Positions 1 through 10,410 of a stretch of DNA of 32,000 bases are shown one piece after another. The DNA is from an uncultured Neisseria sp. (GTDB lineage: Bacteria > Pseudomonadota > Gammaproteobacteria > Burkholderiales > Neisseriaceae). Each line of letters starts with the position of its first letter. Position 1 is the stretch's first letter. The stretch covers positions 31-32,030 of the forward strand of contig CAYVIS010000001.1 in the NCBI GenBank assembly GCA_964451565.1, in the 5' to 3' direction. A program made the translations under genes and the position numbers. The notes beneath the pieces are model-generated. The model was not told where the DNA came from. It worked only from the letters and a program-made list of their open reading frames with translations, and did no database searches.

Positions 1-2
1 AT

Positions 3-536
3 TTCGCCGAACTCGGCCAACAAGTAGAAGTACGCCGCAACGACGACATCACCCTCGAACAAATCACCGAGCTCAACCCGCAATACCTGATTATCGGCCC
101 CGGCCCCTGCTCGCCCAAAGAAGCCGGTATCTCCGTGGCCGCCATGCAGCATTTTGCGGGCAAACTGCCGATTATGGGCATCTGCCTCGGCCACCAAACC
201 ATCGGCGAAGCCTTCGGCGGCAACATCGTGCGCGCGCAAACGCTGATGCATGGCAAAGTGTCTGCAGTGCATCACCACAACAGCGGCATGTTTCAAAGCT
301 TGCCCAACCCCGTTACCTGCACCCGTTACCACAGCCTCGTCATCGAGCGTGCCAGCCTGCCCGACTGCCTCGACATCACCGCTTGGACGGAAGACGGAGA
401 AATCATGGGAGTGCGCCACAAAATCCATCCCATCGAAGGCGTGCAGTTCCACCCCGAAGCCCTGCTCACCGAACACGGCCACGACATGCTGCAAAACTTC
501 CTCACCGAGTTCGCCGCTTTTCAGACGGCCTTATAA
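3..536 (+). CDS. trpG: Anthranilate synthase component II / glutamine amidotransferase (TrpG/PabA type), 5' end outside window
   Basis: The frame is open from base 3 with no stop before the track ORF at 135. It has the class I GATase motifs GICLGHQ (nucleophile Cys) and GVQFHPE (His/Glu). It lies directly upstream of trpD. Confidence 0.9.
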   Translation, partial: FAELGQQVEVRRNDDITLEQITELNPQYLIIGPGPCSPKEAGISVAAMQHFAGKLPIMGICLGHQTIGEAFGGNIVRAQTLMHGKVSAVHHHNSGMFQSLPNPVTCTRYHSLVIERASLPDCLDITAWTEDGEIMGVRHKIHPIEGVQFHPEALLTEHGHDMLQNFLTEFAAFQTAL

Positions 537-541
537 ACATC

Positions 542-570
542 AGGCCGTCTGAAGCCCTTTCAGACGGCCT
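542..570 (+). terminator. Inverted DUS pair hairpin between trpG and trpD (a third DUS copy lies at 520-531)
   Basis: AGGCCGTCTGAA (542-553) pairs with TTCAGACGGCCT (559-570) across a 5-nt loop. It is followed by TTATCATCTT, so there is only a weak U tract. Confidence 0.35.
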
Positions 571-614
571 TTATCATCTTCCATCCGACAACAAAACCAA
601 CAAGAGAAACCGCC

Positions 615-1643
615 ATGATTACCCCGCAACAAGCCCTCGCCCGCCTCATCGACAATAACGAGCTTTTCCACGACGAAATGACCGCTCTGATGCGCCAGAT
701 TATGAGTGGCGAAGTTGCGCCCGAGCTGATTGCCGCCATCCTCACCGGCCTGCGCATCAAAGTGGAAACCGTCTCCGAAGTGGCCGCCGCCGCATCCGTA
801 ATGCGTGAATTTGCCACCAAAGTGCCCGTATTGAACAAACATAATCTGGTCGACATCGTCGGCACCGGCGGCGATGGCGCACACACGTTCAACATCTCCA
901 GCACCGCCATGTTTGTCGCCGCCGCCGCAGGCGCCAAAGTCGCCAAACACGGCGGCCGCTCTGTGTCTTCCTCCAGCGGCGCCGCCGACATCATGGAACA
1001 AATGGGCGCCTCGCTCAGCCTCACGCCCGAACAGGTCGGCGCAAGTATCGACGAAATCGGCATGGGCTTTATGTTTGCCCCCAACCACCACAGCAGCATG
1101 CGCCACGTCGCCCCCGTGCGCAAAGCCTTGGGCATCCGCACCATCTTCAATATTTTAGGCCCGCTCACCAACCCCGCAGGCGCGCCCAACCAAGTGCTCG
1201 GCGTGTTTCACATTGATTTGGTCGGCATCCTCTCGCGCGTTTTACAGCAATTGGGTTCGCAGCATGTGTTGGTGGTACACGGCAGCGACGGCCTCGATGA
1301 AATCACCATTACCGGCAGAAGCCATATCGCCGAACTGAAAGACGGCCTCATCGGCGAATTCGATATCCACCCTGAGCAATTCGGCATCCCCATTTACCCC
1401 AACCTCGACGCCATCAAAGTGGCTGACAGCCGCCAATCACTGCAAAAAATGCAAAGTGTATTGGCTGGCGAAAGCGGCGCCGCACGCGACATTGTATTGC
1501 TCAATGCCGCCGCCACCATCTATGCCGCCAACGTGGTTGATTCGCTGGAAGACGGCATTGCCGCTGCCCGTGAAGCGATTGACTCGGGCAAAGCCAAAGC
1601 CAAACAGCAGGAATTTATCGCATTCGGTCAACAGGCAGATTAA
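615..1643 (+). CDS. trpD: Anthranilate phosphoribosyltransferase
   Basis: 342 aa with the [14 protein letters not shown] and [15 protein letters not shown] motifs typical of TrpD. It is syntenic with trpG. Confidence 0.93.
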   Translation: MITPQQALARLIDNNELFHDEMTALMRQIMSGEVAPELIAAILTGLRIKVETVSEVAAAASVMREFATKVPVLNKHNLVDIVGTGGDGAHTFNISSTAMFVAAAAGAKVAKHGGRSVSSSSGAADIMEQMGASLSLTPEQVGASIDEIGMGFMFAPNHHSSMRHVAPVRKALGIRTIFNILGPLTNPAGAPNQVLGVFHIDLVGILSRVLQQLGSQHVLVVHGSDGLDEITITGRSHIAELKDGLIGEFDIHPEQFGIPIYPNLDAIKVADSRQSLQKMQSVLAGESGAARDIVLLNAAATIYAANVVDSLEDGIAAAREAIDSGKAKAKQQEFIAFGQQAD

Positions 1644-1802
1644 GCCTTTGCCAGCAAGCTGAATGGCTGCAAATGCATTTCCCGTTTTCGGGTTTGCTTC
1701 GAAATCAGCTTTTCAGACGGCTTGAGGTTGCAAAACGATGTCTGTCGCGCCTGCACGAACAGGAGCAACAAGAGAGATTTGCAAACCGCTTGACCCAAAC
1801 AC

Positions 1803-1834
1803 AAAAAAAACGGCATATCCGTAAGGATATGCCG
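1803..1834 (-). terminator. Rho-independent terminator downstream of bfrB
   Basis: Perfect 10-bp stem CGGCATATCC/GGATATGCCG (1811-1820/1825-1834) with loop GTAA. It is followed on the minus strand by an 8-T run (1803-1810). Confidence 0.75.
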
Positions 1835-1883
1835 CTTGGCTTTCAGGGTGTGAGAACTGCTGTATTTGGCAGTGGTTTGTGTT

Positions 1884-2357
1884 TTAGTCCTCTTGCGCCC
1901 CGATTTGCAGATAATTGGGCAAGCCCATATTTGCAATCAGCTCTTGCTGGGTTTCCAGCCAGTCGATGTGCTCTTCGTTGGTGTCTTTCTGCTTTTCCAA
2001 CAAGGCTCGGCTGACGTAATCTTGTTTTTCTTCGCACAACGCAATCGCCGCTGTCAACGCTTCGTGTTTTTCTTGTTCTTTTTTCAAATCGCAGGCAATG
2101 ATTTCTTCGGCAGTTTCACCAATCAAAAGCTTGCCCAATTCTTGCAGATTCGGCAGACCTTCGAGCAGCAGAATGCGTTCGATGATATTATCAGCGGCTT
2201 TCATTTCCACAATCGATTGTTTGTAGAAATGTTCGCCCAACTCTTCCAAGCCCCAATTTTTCAGAATGCGTGCATGCAGAAAATATTGGTTGATGGTTAC
2301 CAGCAGCAAGCCCAAGTTTTTATTGAGCTCGCGGTTGACCATAGGTTCACCTTTCAT
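1884..2357 (-). CDS. bfrB: Bacterioferritin subunit B (157 aa; keeps Met52-equivalent heme ligand, lacks two ferroxidase ligands)
   Basis: Colinear with E. coli Bfr by eye ([16 protein letters not shown], EMKx[10 protein letters not shown]). AAGGAG RBS 7 nt upstream of the ATG at 2357. Confidence 0.9.
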   Translation of the reverse strand: MKGEPMVNRELNKNLGLLLVTINQYFLHARILKNWGLEELGEHFYKQSIVEMKAADNIIERILLLEGLPNLQELGKLLIGETAEEIIACDLKKEQEKHEALTAAIALCEEKQDYVSRALLEKQKDTNEEHIDWLETQQELIANMGLPNYLQIGAQED

Positions 2358-2402
2358 AACAGGCTCCTTAAATTCTTAAATTAATGTGTGTGGCAGGGTG
2401 TT

Positions 2403-2867
2403 TTACAGCTGGCTTTGCAAGTAGTTTTGCAGGCCGAGCAGCTCAATCAGGCGCAATTGCTGTTCCAGCCAGTGAGCGTGGTCTTCTTCGGTGTCTTTCA
2501 GCTGATCAATCAACAAATCACGGGTTACATAATCCTGTTTCTCTTCGCACAGCTTGATGCCTTTTTTCAAGTTTTCGCGCACTTCGTATTCAGTATTCAA
2601 GTCTGCTTTCAGCATAGCAGGCACGTCTTCACCGATATTGATGGCATCCGGTACCATTTTCGGCGTACCTTCCAGCATCAGGATACGGCGGATAAAAGCT
2701 TCCGCATGCTGGGTTTCATCTTCCATTTCGTGGCCGATGCGTTCAAACAGCTTGGTATAGCCCCATTCGGCATACATGCGTGAGTGAATGAAATATTGGT
2801 CGCGCGCGGCCAATTCGCCCGCCAGCAATTGGTTCATATAATCGATAACTGCTTTATCGCCTTTCAT
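2403..2867 (-). CDS. bfrA: Bacterioferritin subunit A (154 aa; complete ferroxidase ligands, Met52 position is Thr)
   Basis: Ferritin-like di-iron motifs [17 protein letters not shown] and EEDHAHWLE. It lies upstream of bfrB on the same strand. Confidence 0.9.
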   Translation of the reverse strand: MKGDKAVIDYMNQLLAGELAARDQYFIHSRMYAEWGYTKLFERIGHEMEDETQHAEAFIRRILMLEGTPKMVPDAINIGEDVPAMLKADLNTEYEVRENLKKGIKLCEEKQDYVTRDLLIDQLKDTEEDHAHWLEQQLRLIELLGLQNYLQSQL

Positions 2868-3183
2868 GATGATTCCTTTCCTGTTTGCGCCGCTCTGTAT
2901 ATTATATGGAGAGCGGACTCATGATGATGTGTTGTTGCCAACCTGATGAAGCATATTGTAGCAATATTTCTTCAAACTTGAAATTTTCTGTTTAAAATAC
3001 AAACAATTATCAAATTCGCATGGCCGCACACAAAGGCCGTCTGAAAGCTTATATCCTTGTTTTCATTTTATTTTTATTGCACACTATATTGATAATCTAT
3101 CACAACAAGATTTTTTATTTACACAGTTTAACTACACATCCCTGTTGCATCTTCCAATTACATGAAGTTATGCCACAAAAGCG

Positions 3184-3192
3184 TGCTATAAT
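3184..3192 (+). promoter_or_regulatory. Possible extended -10 promoter element for typA
   Basis: TGCTATAAT (TGn + TATAAT at 3187-3192) lies 42 nt upstream of the typA ATG. No convincing -35 element. Confidence 0.3.
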
Positions 3193-3233
3193 CCGCGGTT
3201 ATTTATTGATATCCGTTAAGGCACATTTCCGCC

Positions 3234-5045
3234 ATGAAACAAATTCGCAATATTGCCATCATCGCCCACGTCGACCACGGCAAAACCACCCTCGTAGACC
3301 AATTATTACGCCAATCCGGCACTTTCCGCGCCAACCAGCAGGTTGACGAACGCGTGATGGACAGCAACGATCTTGAAAAAGAGCGCGGCATTACCATTCT
3401 CGCTAAAAACACCGCCATCGAATACAAAGGCTACCACATCAACATCGTCGACACCCCCGGACACGCCGACTTCGGCGGTGAAGTAGAACGCGTATTGGGC
3501 ATGGTCGATTGCGTGGTGTTACTGGTAGACGCCCAAGAAGGCCCGATGCCGCAAACCCGTTTCGTGACCAAAAAAGCCCTCGGCCTCGGCCTGCGCCCGA
3601 TTGTGGTTATCAACAAAATCGACAAACCGAGCGCGCGCCCGAGCTGGGTGATTGACCAAACATTCGAATTGTTTGACAAACTCGGCGCCAGCGACGAGCA
3701 GCTCGATTTCCCCATCGTTTACGCTTCCGGCCTGTCCGGCTTTGCCAAACTGGAAGAGAGCGACGAGAGCGACAACATGCGCCCGCTGTTTGAAACCATC
3801 CTCAAACACACCCCCGCACCGAGCGGCGATGCCGACGCATCCCTGCAACTGCAAATTTCCCAACTCGACTACGACAACTACACCGGCCGTCTCGGCATCG
3901 GCCGCATCCTCAACGGCCGCATCAAACCCGGCCAAGTGGTTGCCGTAATGAACCACGAAAAACAAGTTTCTCAAGGCCGCATCAACCAGCTGCTGGGCTT
4001 CAAAGGCCTGGAACGCGTGCCGCAAGACGAAGCCGAAGCCGGTGAAATCGTGATTATTTCCGGCATTGAAGACATCGGCATCGGTGTGACCATCTGTGAA
4101 AAAGACAACCCCGTCGGCCTGCCCATGTTGAGCGTGGACGAACCCACCCTCACCATGGACTTCATGGTCAACACCTCGCCGCTGGCCGGCACCGAAGGCA
4201 AATTTGTCACCTCGCGCCAAATCCGCGACCGCTTGCAAAAAGAATTGCTCACCAACGTGGCCCTGCGCGTGGAAGACACCGACGACGCCGACGTATTCCG
4301 CGTTTCCGGCCGTGGCGAACTGCACCTCACCATCTTGCTGGAAAACATGCGCCGCGAAGGCTACGAGCTGGCCGTGGCCAAACCGCGCGTGGTTTACCGC
4401 GATATCGACGGCCAAAAATGCGAGCCGTATGAAAACCTCACCGTTGATGTGCCCGATGATAACCAAGGCGCGGTGATGGAAGAGCTCGGCCGCCGCCGTG
4501 GCGAGCTCACCAACATGGAAAGCGACGGCCAAGGCCGCACCCGCCTCGAATACCACATTCCCGCCCGCGGCCTCATCGGTTTCCAAGGCGAATTCATGAC
4601 CATGACCCGCGGCACCGGCCTGATGAGCCATGTATTCGACGACTACGCACCGGTAAAACCCGATATGCCCGGCCGCCACAACGGCGTATTGGTATCGCAA
4701 GAGCAAGGCGAAGCCGTTGCCTACGCTCTGTGGAACCTCGAAGACCGCGGCCGCATGTTTGTATCACCCGGCGAAAAAATCTACGAAGGCATGATTATCG
4801 GCATCCACAGCCGCGATAACGACTTGGTGGTCAACCCACTCAAAGGTAAAAAACTCACCAACGTGCGCGCCAGCGGCACCGACGAAGCCGTGCGCCTGAC
4901 CACGCCGGTGAAACTCACCCTTGAAAGCGCGGTTGAGTTTATCGACGACGACGAATTGGTGGAAATCACCCCGCAATCCATCCGTCTGCGCAAACGCTAC
5001 CTGCAAGAGCACGAGCGCCGCAAACACTTTAAGAAACTGGATTAA
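3234..5045 (+). CDS. typA: Translational GTPase TypA/BipA
   Basis: 603 aa. G motifs [14 protein letters not shown] and NKID, an EF-G-like domain order, and the characteristic C-terminal region. Confidence 0.95.
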   Translation: MKQIRNIAIIAHVDHGKTTLVDQLLRQSGTFRANQQVDERVMDSNDLEKERGITILAKNTAIEYKGYHINIVDTPGHADFGGEVERVLGMVDCVVLLVDAQEGPMPQTRFVTKKALGLGLRPIVVINKIDKPSARPSWVIDQTFELFDKLGASDEQLDFPIVYASGLSGFAKLEESDESDNMRPLFETILKHTPAPSGDADASLQLQISQLDYDNYTGRLGIGRILNGRIKPGQVVAVMNHEKQVSQGRINQLLGFKGLERVPQDEAEAGEIVIISGIEDIGIGVTICEKDNPVGLPMLSVDEPTLTMDFMVNTSPLAGTEGKFVTSRQIRDRLQKELLTNVALRVEDTDDADVFRVSGRGELHLTILLENMRREGYELAVAKPRVVYRDIDGQKCEPYENLTVDVPDDNQGAVMEELGRRRGELTNMESDGQGRTRLEYHIPARGLIGFQGEFMTMTRGTGLMSHVFDDYAPVKPDMPGRHNGVLVSQEQGEAVAYALWNLEDRGRMFVSPGEKIYEGMIIGIHSRDNDLVVNPLKGKKLTNVRASGTDEAVRLTTPVKLTLESAVEFIDDDELVEITPQSIRLRKRYLQEHERRKHFKKLD

Positions 5046-5063
5046 ACGGTAATTATTAAAACC

Positions 5064-5102
5064 AAGGCCGTCTGAAAAAAATTGCTTTCAGACGGCCTTT
5101 TA
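5064..5102 (+). terminator. typA terminator formed by an inverted DUS pair
   Basis: AAGGCCGTCTGAAA ... TTTCAGACGGCCTT hairpin followed by TTTT. Confidence 0.7.
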
Positions 5103-5141
5103 ATAGCCGCAACACCCTTGATAAAACACCGTTTTACCTTA

Positions 5142-5209
5142 TATAGTGGATTAGGTTGAATCAAGACAAGGCGAGCCAACACCGTATTGATTCAACCTAA
5201 TCCACTGTA
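5142..5209. repeat. Minimal Correia-like element (68 bp, essentially two terminal inverted repeats)
   Basis: TATAGTGGATTAGGTTGAATCAAGACAAGGCGAGCC...TTGATTCAACCTAATCCACTGTA. The termini match the Correia TIR TATAGTGGATTA. Confidence 0.7.
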
Positions 5210-5254
5210 TTCAGCGCTACTTGTTTATTTCTTTATCACGGAAACCCACACACA

Positions 5255-5839
5255 ATGAAAAAACTGATTGCCCTTGCCGCCCTCTCCGCCTTCGCGCTGG
5301 CCGCCTGCAAAGACAACACCCAAGCCCAGCTGCAAGAACAGCAAAAACAGATTGAAGCCCTGCAGCAGCAACTGGCGCAGCAAAACGCCCAACAAGACAA
5401 CACCGTCTACGAGCTCACCCCTGATGCCGTCAAAGACACCATTCCCGCCGAATTCCAAGCCAACGGCAACAACGGCGAGCCGGTTACCGGCACCGACGGC
5501 CAACAATACATCTACGACCAATCCACCGGCAGCTGGTTGCTGCAAAGCCTGATTGGCGCCGCCGCCGGTGCGTTTATCGGCAACGCGTTGGCCAACAAGT
5601 TCCAAAAAGCCAAAATGGACACCCCTGCCGCCCGCCGCGCCCAAACCAATTATTACCAATCGAGCCAATATCGAGGCCGCAACAGCCAACAGCTCAACAC
5701 CCGCAGCGTGCCCGCACAAAATGCCGCCGCCAATGCCAACAGCCAAAACCGCGCCGCCACACCGAATTACCGCCAAGCCAACAAAGCACCGTCCAACACC
5801 CGCAGACCCATGCGACGCGGTTTCGGCCGTCGCCGCTGA
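5255..5839 (+). CDS. Lipoprotein with Q-rich coiled-coil-like segment, glycine-zipper segment and Arg-rich tail
   Basis: Signal peptide with lipobox LAAC (MKKLIALAALSAFALAAC). Also contains GAAAGAFIGNALA and the C-terminal RRPMRRGFGRRR. Confidence 0.7.
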   Translation: MKKLIALAALSAFALAACKDNTQAQLQEQQKQIEALQQQLAQQNAQQDNTVYELTPDAVKDTIPAEFQANGNNGEPVTGTDGQQYIYDQSTGSWLLQSLIGAAAGAFIGNALANKFQKAKMDTPAARRAQTNYYQSSQYRGRNSQQLNTRSVPAQNAAANANSQNRAATPNYRQANKAPSNTRRPMRRGFGRRR

Positions 5840-5845
5840 TACACC

Positions 5846-5878
5846 ATGCCGTCTGAAAGCTTTTCAGACGGCATTTCT
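5846..5878 (+). terminator. Terminator formed by inverted ATGCCGTCTGAA DUS pair
   Basis: ATGCCGTCTGAA (5846-5857) pairs with TTCAGACGGCAT (5863-5874), followed by TTCT. Confidence 0.6.
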
Positions 5879-5968
5879 CAAACAAACAGATAAAGCCACG
5901 CTATCAAGCTTTCAGACGGCCTCGTTCAATAGTACAATCCCTCTACATCAAATCCACACCCTTTTTAA

Positions 5969-6928
<960 letters not shown>

Positions 6929-7075
6929 TTTTTACAGGCGGAAGCCCAAGATAAAACACAGCTTTGCTTGTCTTGCGAACTCCTGAAAAAGCATACCGGT
7001 ATGGAATCAGACCGGTTCTGCTTTTCCGTTTGATTGTTTTATCTATTGGATCACAGAAGTTTCACCTCCAATAGT

Positions 7076-7112
7076 AAAGGCCGTCTGAACCAAAATGTTT
7101 CAGACGGCCTTT
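7076..7112. terminator. Bidirectional DUS-pair hairpin between convergent trxB and modC
   Basis: AAAGGCCGTCTGAA ... TTCAGACGGCCTTT with a 9-nt loop and A/T runs on both sides. Confidence 0.6.
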
Positions 7113-7119
7113 GCATTCC

Positions 7120-7770
7120 CTACCCCTCCTGTCGCAAGCATCCCTGCTCCATCCGCCAAACCTCATCCGCCAGCGCATCGGCATCGCTTTGATCATGGGT
7201 AATCAAGATTATCGGCACTTGGGTCTGCCGTTGCAGCTCCGCCAGCTCTTGCCGGGTATGGCTGCGCAAATCCACATCCAAGGCGGAGAGCGGCTCATCG
7301 AGCAACAACAGCTTGGGTTGGGTAGCCAGCGCTCTGGCCAAAGCGGTGCGCTGCTTTTGACCGCCGGAAATGTGTTGCGGATAATGGTCGGCCACATGGC
7401 TCAGGCGCATGGTGTCAAGCCAATATTGCACTTGCTTGCCCGGCTTTTTCGGCGGATTTGCCCAACCCTGCTGCAAGCCGAAGCCGATGTTTTGCGCCAC
7501 AGTCAAATGTGGAAACAGGGCGTAATCCTGAAAAACCAGCCCGGCGCGCCGCTGTTGCACGCTCAAATCTGTGCCTGAGCCCAACCAATTTTCGCCATTG
7601 ATGCGGATATGGCCGCTATCCGGCCGCATCAGCCCGGCCAGCAGGCGCAAAAACAGGCTTTTGCCGGAGCCGGAAGCGCCGATTATGGCCAACCGCTCCG
7701 TGTCTGACTGCAAACGCACATTCAATTCGAAAGACGGTAGTTTTTTGCAAATCTCGATATCAAACAGCAT
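7120..7770 (-). CDS. modC: ABC transporter ATP-binding protein, molybdate-type (short form, no C-terminal TOBE-like domain)
   Basis: Walker A GASGSGKS, signature ISGGQKQR, Walker B LLLLDEP. It overlaps modB by 11 nt (ATGCTGTTTGA). Confidence 0.8.
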   Translation of the reverse strand: MLFDIEICKKLPSFELNVRLQSDTERLAIIGASGSGKSLFLRLLAGLMRPDSGHIRINGENWLGSGTDLSVQQRRAGLVFQDYALFPHLTVAQNIGFGLQQGWANPPKKPGKQVQYWLDTMRLSHVADHYPQHISGGQKQRTALARALATQPKLLLLDEPLSALDVDLRSHTRQELAELQRQTQVPIILITHDQSDADALADEVWRMEQGCLRQEG

Positions 7771-8446
7771 TCCCGTCCTTCCCGTCCCGCGCCCGCGCCA
7801 AATGGCCGACCGCCAGCAAAATAGCCACGCACACCACCGAAATCAGCAACACCAGCCAATTCGCCGTGGCATCATCTCCAGCCTGCACCGCTTCATAAAC
7901 TGCAATCGACAGCGTTTGCGTCTGGCCGGGGATGCTGCCTGCAATCATCAGTGTGGCACCGAATTCGCCCAACGCCCGGGCAAACGCCAGCAACACGCCC
8001 GCCAAAATGCCGCGCCAGGCCAGCGGCAGGCTGACACGAAAAAACACCGAGCGCTCACTCAAGCCCAACACCCGAGCCGCTTCTTCCAATTGCGGGCTCA
8101 CCCCTTCGAAAGCCGCCCGCGCCGGTTTGAATACCAACGGAAACGTGACCACCATCGCAGCAATCACTGCACCCTGCCAGGTGAAAATCAAATTGATGCC
8201 CAAATGTTCCTGCAGCCAGCCGCCCAACACGCCGCGGCTGCCCAGCAGCACCAATAAATAATAGCCCATCACCGTGGGCGGCATCACCATCGGCAGCGTC
8301 AGCAGCGTATCGAGCAGGTTTCGGCCTGCAAAACGCCAGCGTGCCAGAGCAAAGCCGACGGCCACGCCCAAAACGATGTTGAACAAAGTCGCCAAACCGG
8401 CCACTTTTAAAGAAAGCCATAAAGCAGTTGAAACTGATTCAGCCAT
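7760..8446 (-). CDS. modB: Molybdate ABC transporter permease
   Basis: Multi-TM protein with the EAA-type loop EEAARVLGLSERSVFFRVSLP. Start placed at ATG 8446 (MAESVST...), because the longer track ORF runs into a Correia-like repeat. Confidence 0.8.
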   Translation of the reverse strand: MAESVSTALWLSLKVAGLATLFNIVLGVAVGFALARWRFAGRNLLDTLLTLPMVMPPTVMGYYLLVLLGSRGVLGGWLQEHLGINLIFTWQGAVIAAMVVTFPLVFKPARAAFEGVSPQLEEAARVLGLSERSVFFRVSLPLAWRGILAGVLLAFARALGEFGATLMIAGSIPGQTQTLSIAVYEAVQAGDDATANWLVLLISVVCVAILLAVGHLARARDGKDGNAV

Positions 8447-8498
8447 TTTCCCGTTCCGTTCCCCCACGTATCGGAGGGATTGATTGCTGTTGAAATTG

Positions 8499-8593
8499 TG
8501 TAGTGAATTAAATTTGAACCCATACAGCGTTGACTCACCTTGCCGCACTAGATCTGCTCTCCGCCTTGTCTTGATTCAACCTAATCCACTATA
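8499..8593. repeat. Correia-like element (95 bp, one degenerate TIR)
   Basis: TGTAGTGAATTAAATTTGAACC ... CTTGTCTTGATTCAACCTAATCCACTATA. Its internal sequence is similar to the elements at 5142 and 12738. Confidence 0.65.
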
Positions 8594-8689
8594 TCAAGAG
8601 GCCGTCTGAAACCTTGAAAATATTCATATCAAAAGCCGTCTGAAACCCACGCTTCAGACGGCCTTGTTGTTTGGTCGACAGCTCAAACA

Positions 8690-9283
8690 TCAAGCACTGC
8701 TGCGCAACAGCCTTTGCGTACGCGCCGGATTGCCATAGGCCACTACATTGTCCGCCACATGGTTCACAATCACGCTGCCCGCGCCAACCAAGCTGTTGGC
8801 GCCGATATGCATACCCTGAATGGCGCAGCTGCCGATACCGACATCGGTGCTCTCGCCAACCACCACATTGCCTGCCAGCGAAACATTCGGGCAGATATTG
8901 GCATAAGCATGAATCATGCAATCGTGCTCCACCACCGCAGCGGTGTTGATAATCACGCCTTCTTCGATGCAGGCACGCGCATTAATCACCACCAGCGGCA
9001 TCACCACCACACCTGCGCCAATTCGGGCGCTAGGAGACACCACGGCGCTGGGATGCACCAGATTCACCAGATTAAAGCCTGCGGCCTGCACACGCTTACA
9101 TAAACGCTGACGGACGCTATTATTGCCCACCGCTACAATAATATCGCCTTTGGGCAAGTTTTCATCAAATTTATCGGCACCGGCATCATCCAGGAAAATA
9201 ACCTGACCATATCCTGATGCACGGGCAATATCGGCCACTACCTGACCATGTCCGCCATTGCCGTAAATATAAATCGATTTCAT
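8690..9283 (-). CDS. NeuD/PglD-family sugar N/O-acetyltransferase (left-handed beta-helix)
   Basis: 198 aa from ATG 9283 (MKSIYIYGNGGHGQVVADIA, a Rossmann-like N-domain), followed by hexapeptide repeats (IGAGVVV, IEEGVIIN, VGESTDVGIGS, IGANSLVGAGS). Confidence 0.75.
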   Translation of the reverse strand: MKSIYIYGNGGHGQVVADIARASGYGQVIFLDDAGADKFDENLPKGDIIVAVGNNSVRQRLCKRVQAAGFNLVNLVHPSAVVSPSARIGAGVVVMPLVVINARACIEEGVIINTAAVVEHDCMIHAYANICPNVSLAGNVVVGESTDVGIGSCAIQGMHIGANSLVGAGSVIVNHVADNVVAYGNPARTQRLLRSSA

Positions 9284-9475
9284 GACCAAACTTGACCGTT
9301 CCTGAATGATTAACACAAATCTTATGGGAGCAGGCAATAGACCCACCCCCTAGCAGGAAGTTCAAGCAGTTTGAAAATTTATTACCAAACTTCAGTATAT
9401 TAACCTCAATTATAATTAATTTAATATATTATTTTGATTGTATTTAACATCAAAATCAAATTGAATTTTCAGATT

Positions 9476-10228
9476 TTACGGCTTCTCAAAACCATACCGC
9501 TTCAACACACTCTGCCCAGCAGGTGACAATACATAATCCGCAAAGCGTTTGCCCTGCGCCGGATTATTGCTGTTGCGCACCAACGCAATCGGATAACTCA
9601 CCGGCTCTTCTGTGGGCACGGTTTTCAACACTTTCACTTTATCCTTCATCAGCGCTGCATCGGTGTTATACACAAACCCCGCATCCACTTCGCCGCGTGC
9701 CACATAATCGAGCGATTGGCGCACATGCTGGGTGTTGATGATTTTCGGCTGCAAGCTGTTCCACAAACCGGTTTTTTCCAACACCGCTTTGCTGTAACGC
9801 CCCACCGGCACGCTGGCCGGATTGCTGATGGCAATACGCTTGACAGCGGGCGAATTCAAATCGCTCAGTTTATTAATGCGCAGGTGACTGTTTTTCGGTG
9901 CGGCGATGACCAATGAATTGGCAGCAAACGTTTGGCGGCTTGCATTATCAATCAAACCTTGTTGCTGCGCTTTATTCATGGTTTCCTGATCGGCAAATGC
10001 CAACACATCCACCGGCGCGCCTTTCAATGCCTGTTGCAGCAAAGCACCCGAGCCTGCGGTATTGAGGCGGATTTTATCTTGCGGATATTGTTTTTCATAT
10101 TGCGCGGCGATGTCTTTAAAAGCATTGCTCAAGCTCGCGGCTGCCGATACGGTGATGTCGGCAGCAAAAGAAGACGGCAACGCGCCAAGCAACAGCGCAG
10201 CCAATACGGTTTGCGTAACGTTTTTCAT
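9476..10228 (-). CDS. modA: Molybdate ABC transporter periplasmic binding protein
   Basis: 250 aa from ATG 10228 with signal peptide MKNVTQTVLAALLLGALPSSFA. Has the SAAASL and SGALxQQ motifs of ModA. The upstream part of the 402-aa track ORF overlaps aroD and is rejected. Confidence 0.85.
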   Translation of the reverse strand: MKNVTQTVLAALLLGALPSSFAADITVSAAASLSNAFKDIAAQYEKQYPQDKIRLNTAGSGALLQQALKGAPVDVLAFADQETMNKAQQQGLIDNASRQTFAANSLVIAAPKNSHLRINKLSDLNSPAVKRIAISNPASVPVGRYSKAVLEKTGLWNSLQPKIINTQHVRQSLDYVARGEVDAGFVYNTDAALMKDKVKVLKTVPTEEPVSYPIALVRNSNNPAQGKRFADYVLSPAGQSVLKRYGFEKP

Positions 10229-10352
10229 ATTCCGTTTCCCCGATGAATTCGAATATTGCTTTTTTATCATTTCAAATACATTCTCAGCATTGCTCCCAAT
10301 AACTACTACTTTTGACCGATGGCCATCAGATGCAATATCGGATAAAGCATAA

Positions 10353-10381
10353 AGGCCGTCTGAAAGGCTTTCAGACGGCCT
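10353..10381 (-). terminator. DUS-pair terminator downstream of aroD
   Basis: AGGCCGTCTGAAAG/CTTTCAGACGGCCT hairpin, followed on the minus strand by TTTATGCTTTAT. Confidence 0.6.
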
Positions 10382-10410
10382 ACGCATCACTGAAGCAATA
10401 CTGAAGCAAT

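Noticed and set aside
2990-3030. Possible Fur box upstream of bfrA (minus-sense GATAATTGTTTGTATTTT, about 3000-3017; also TTGATAATCTATCA at about 3090).
   Set aside because: Only one good GATAAT hexamer occurs in each case, within generally AT-rich DNA. This cannot be distinguished from background without a scoring matrix.
3519-4706. Long antisense or alternate-frame ORFs inside GC-rich genes. Examples: 3519-4706 (-), 5948-6922 (-), 13750-14484 (-), 17146-18117 (-), 18778-19674 (-), 19690-20646 (-), 30279-31892 (+), 540-1106 (-).
   Set aside because: Each lies fully within a confidently identified gene on the other strand or frame. Their translations are Gly/Ala/Arg/His-rich low-information sequence typical of shadow ORFs in high-GC coding DNA. 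None has an RBS or a recognisable motif.
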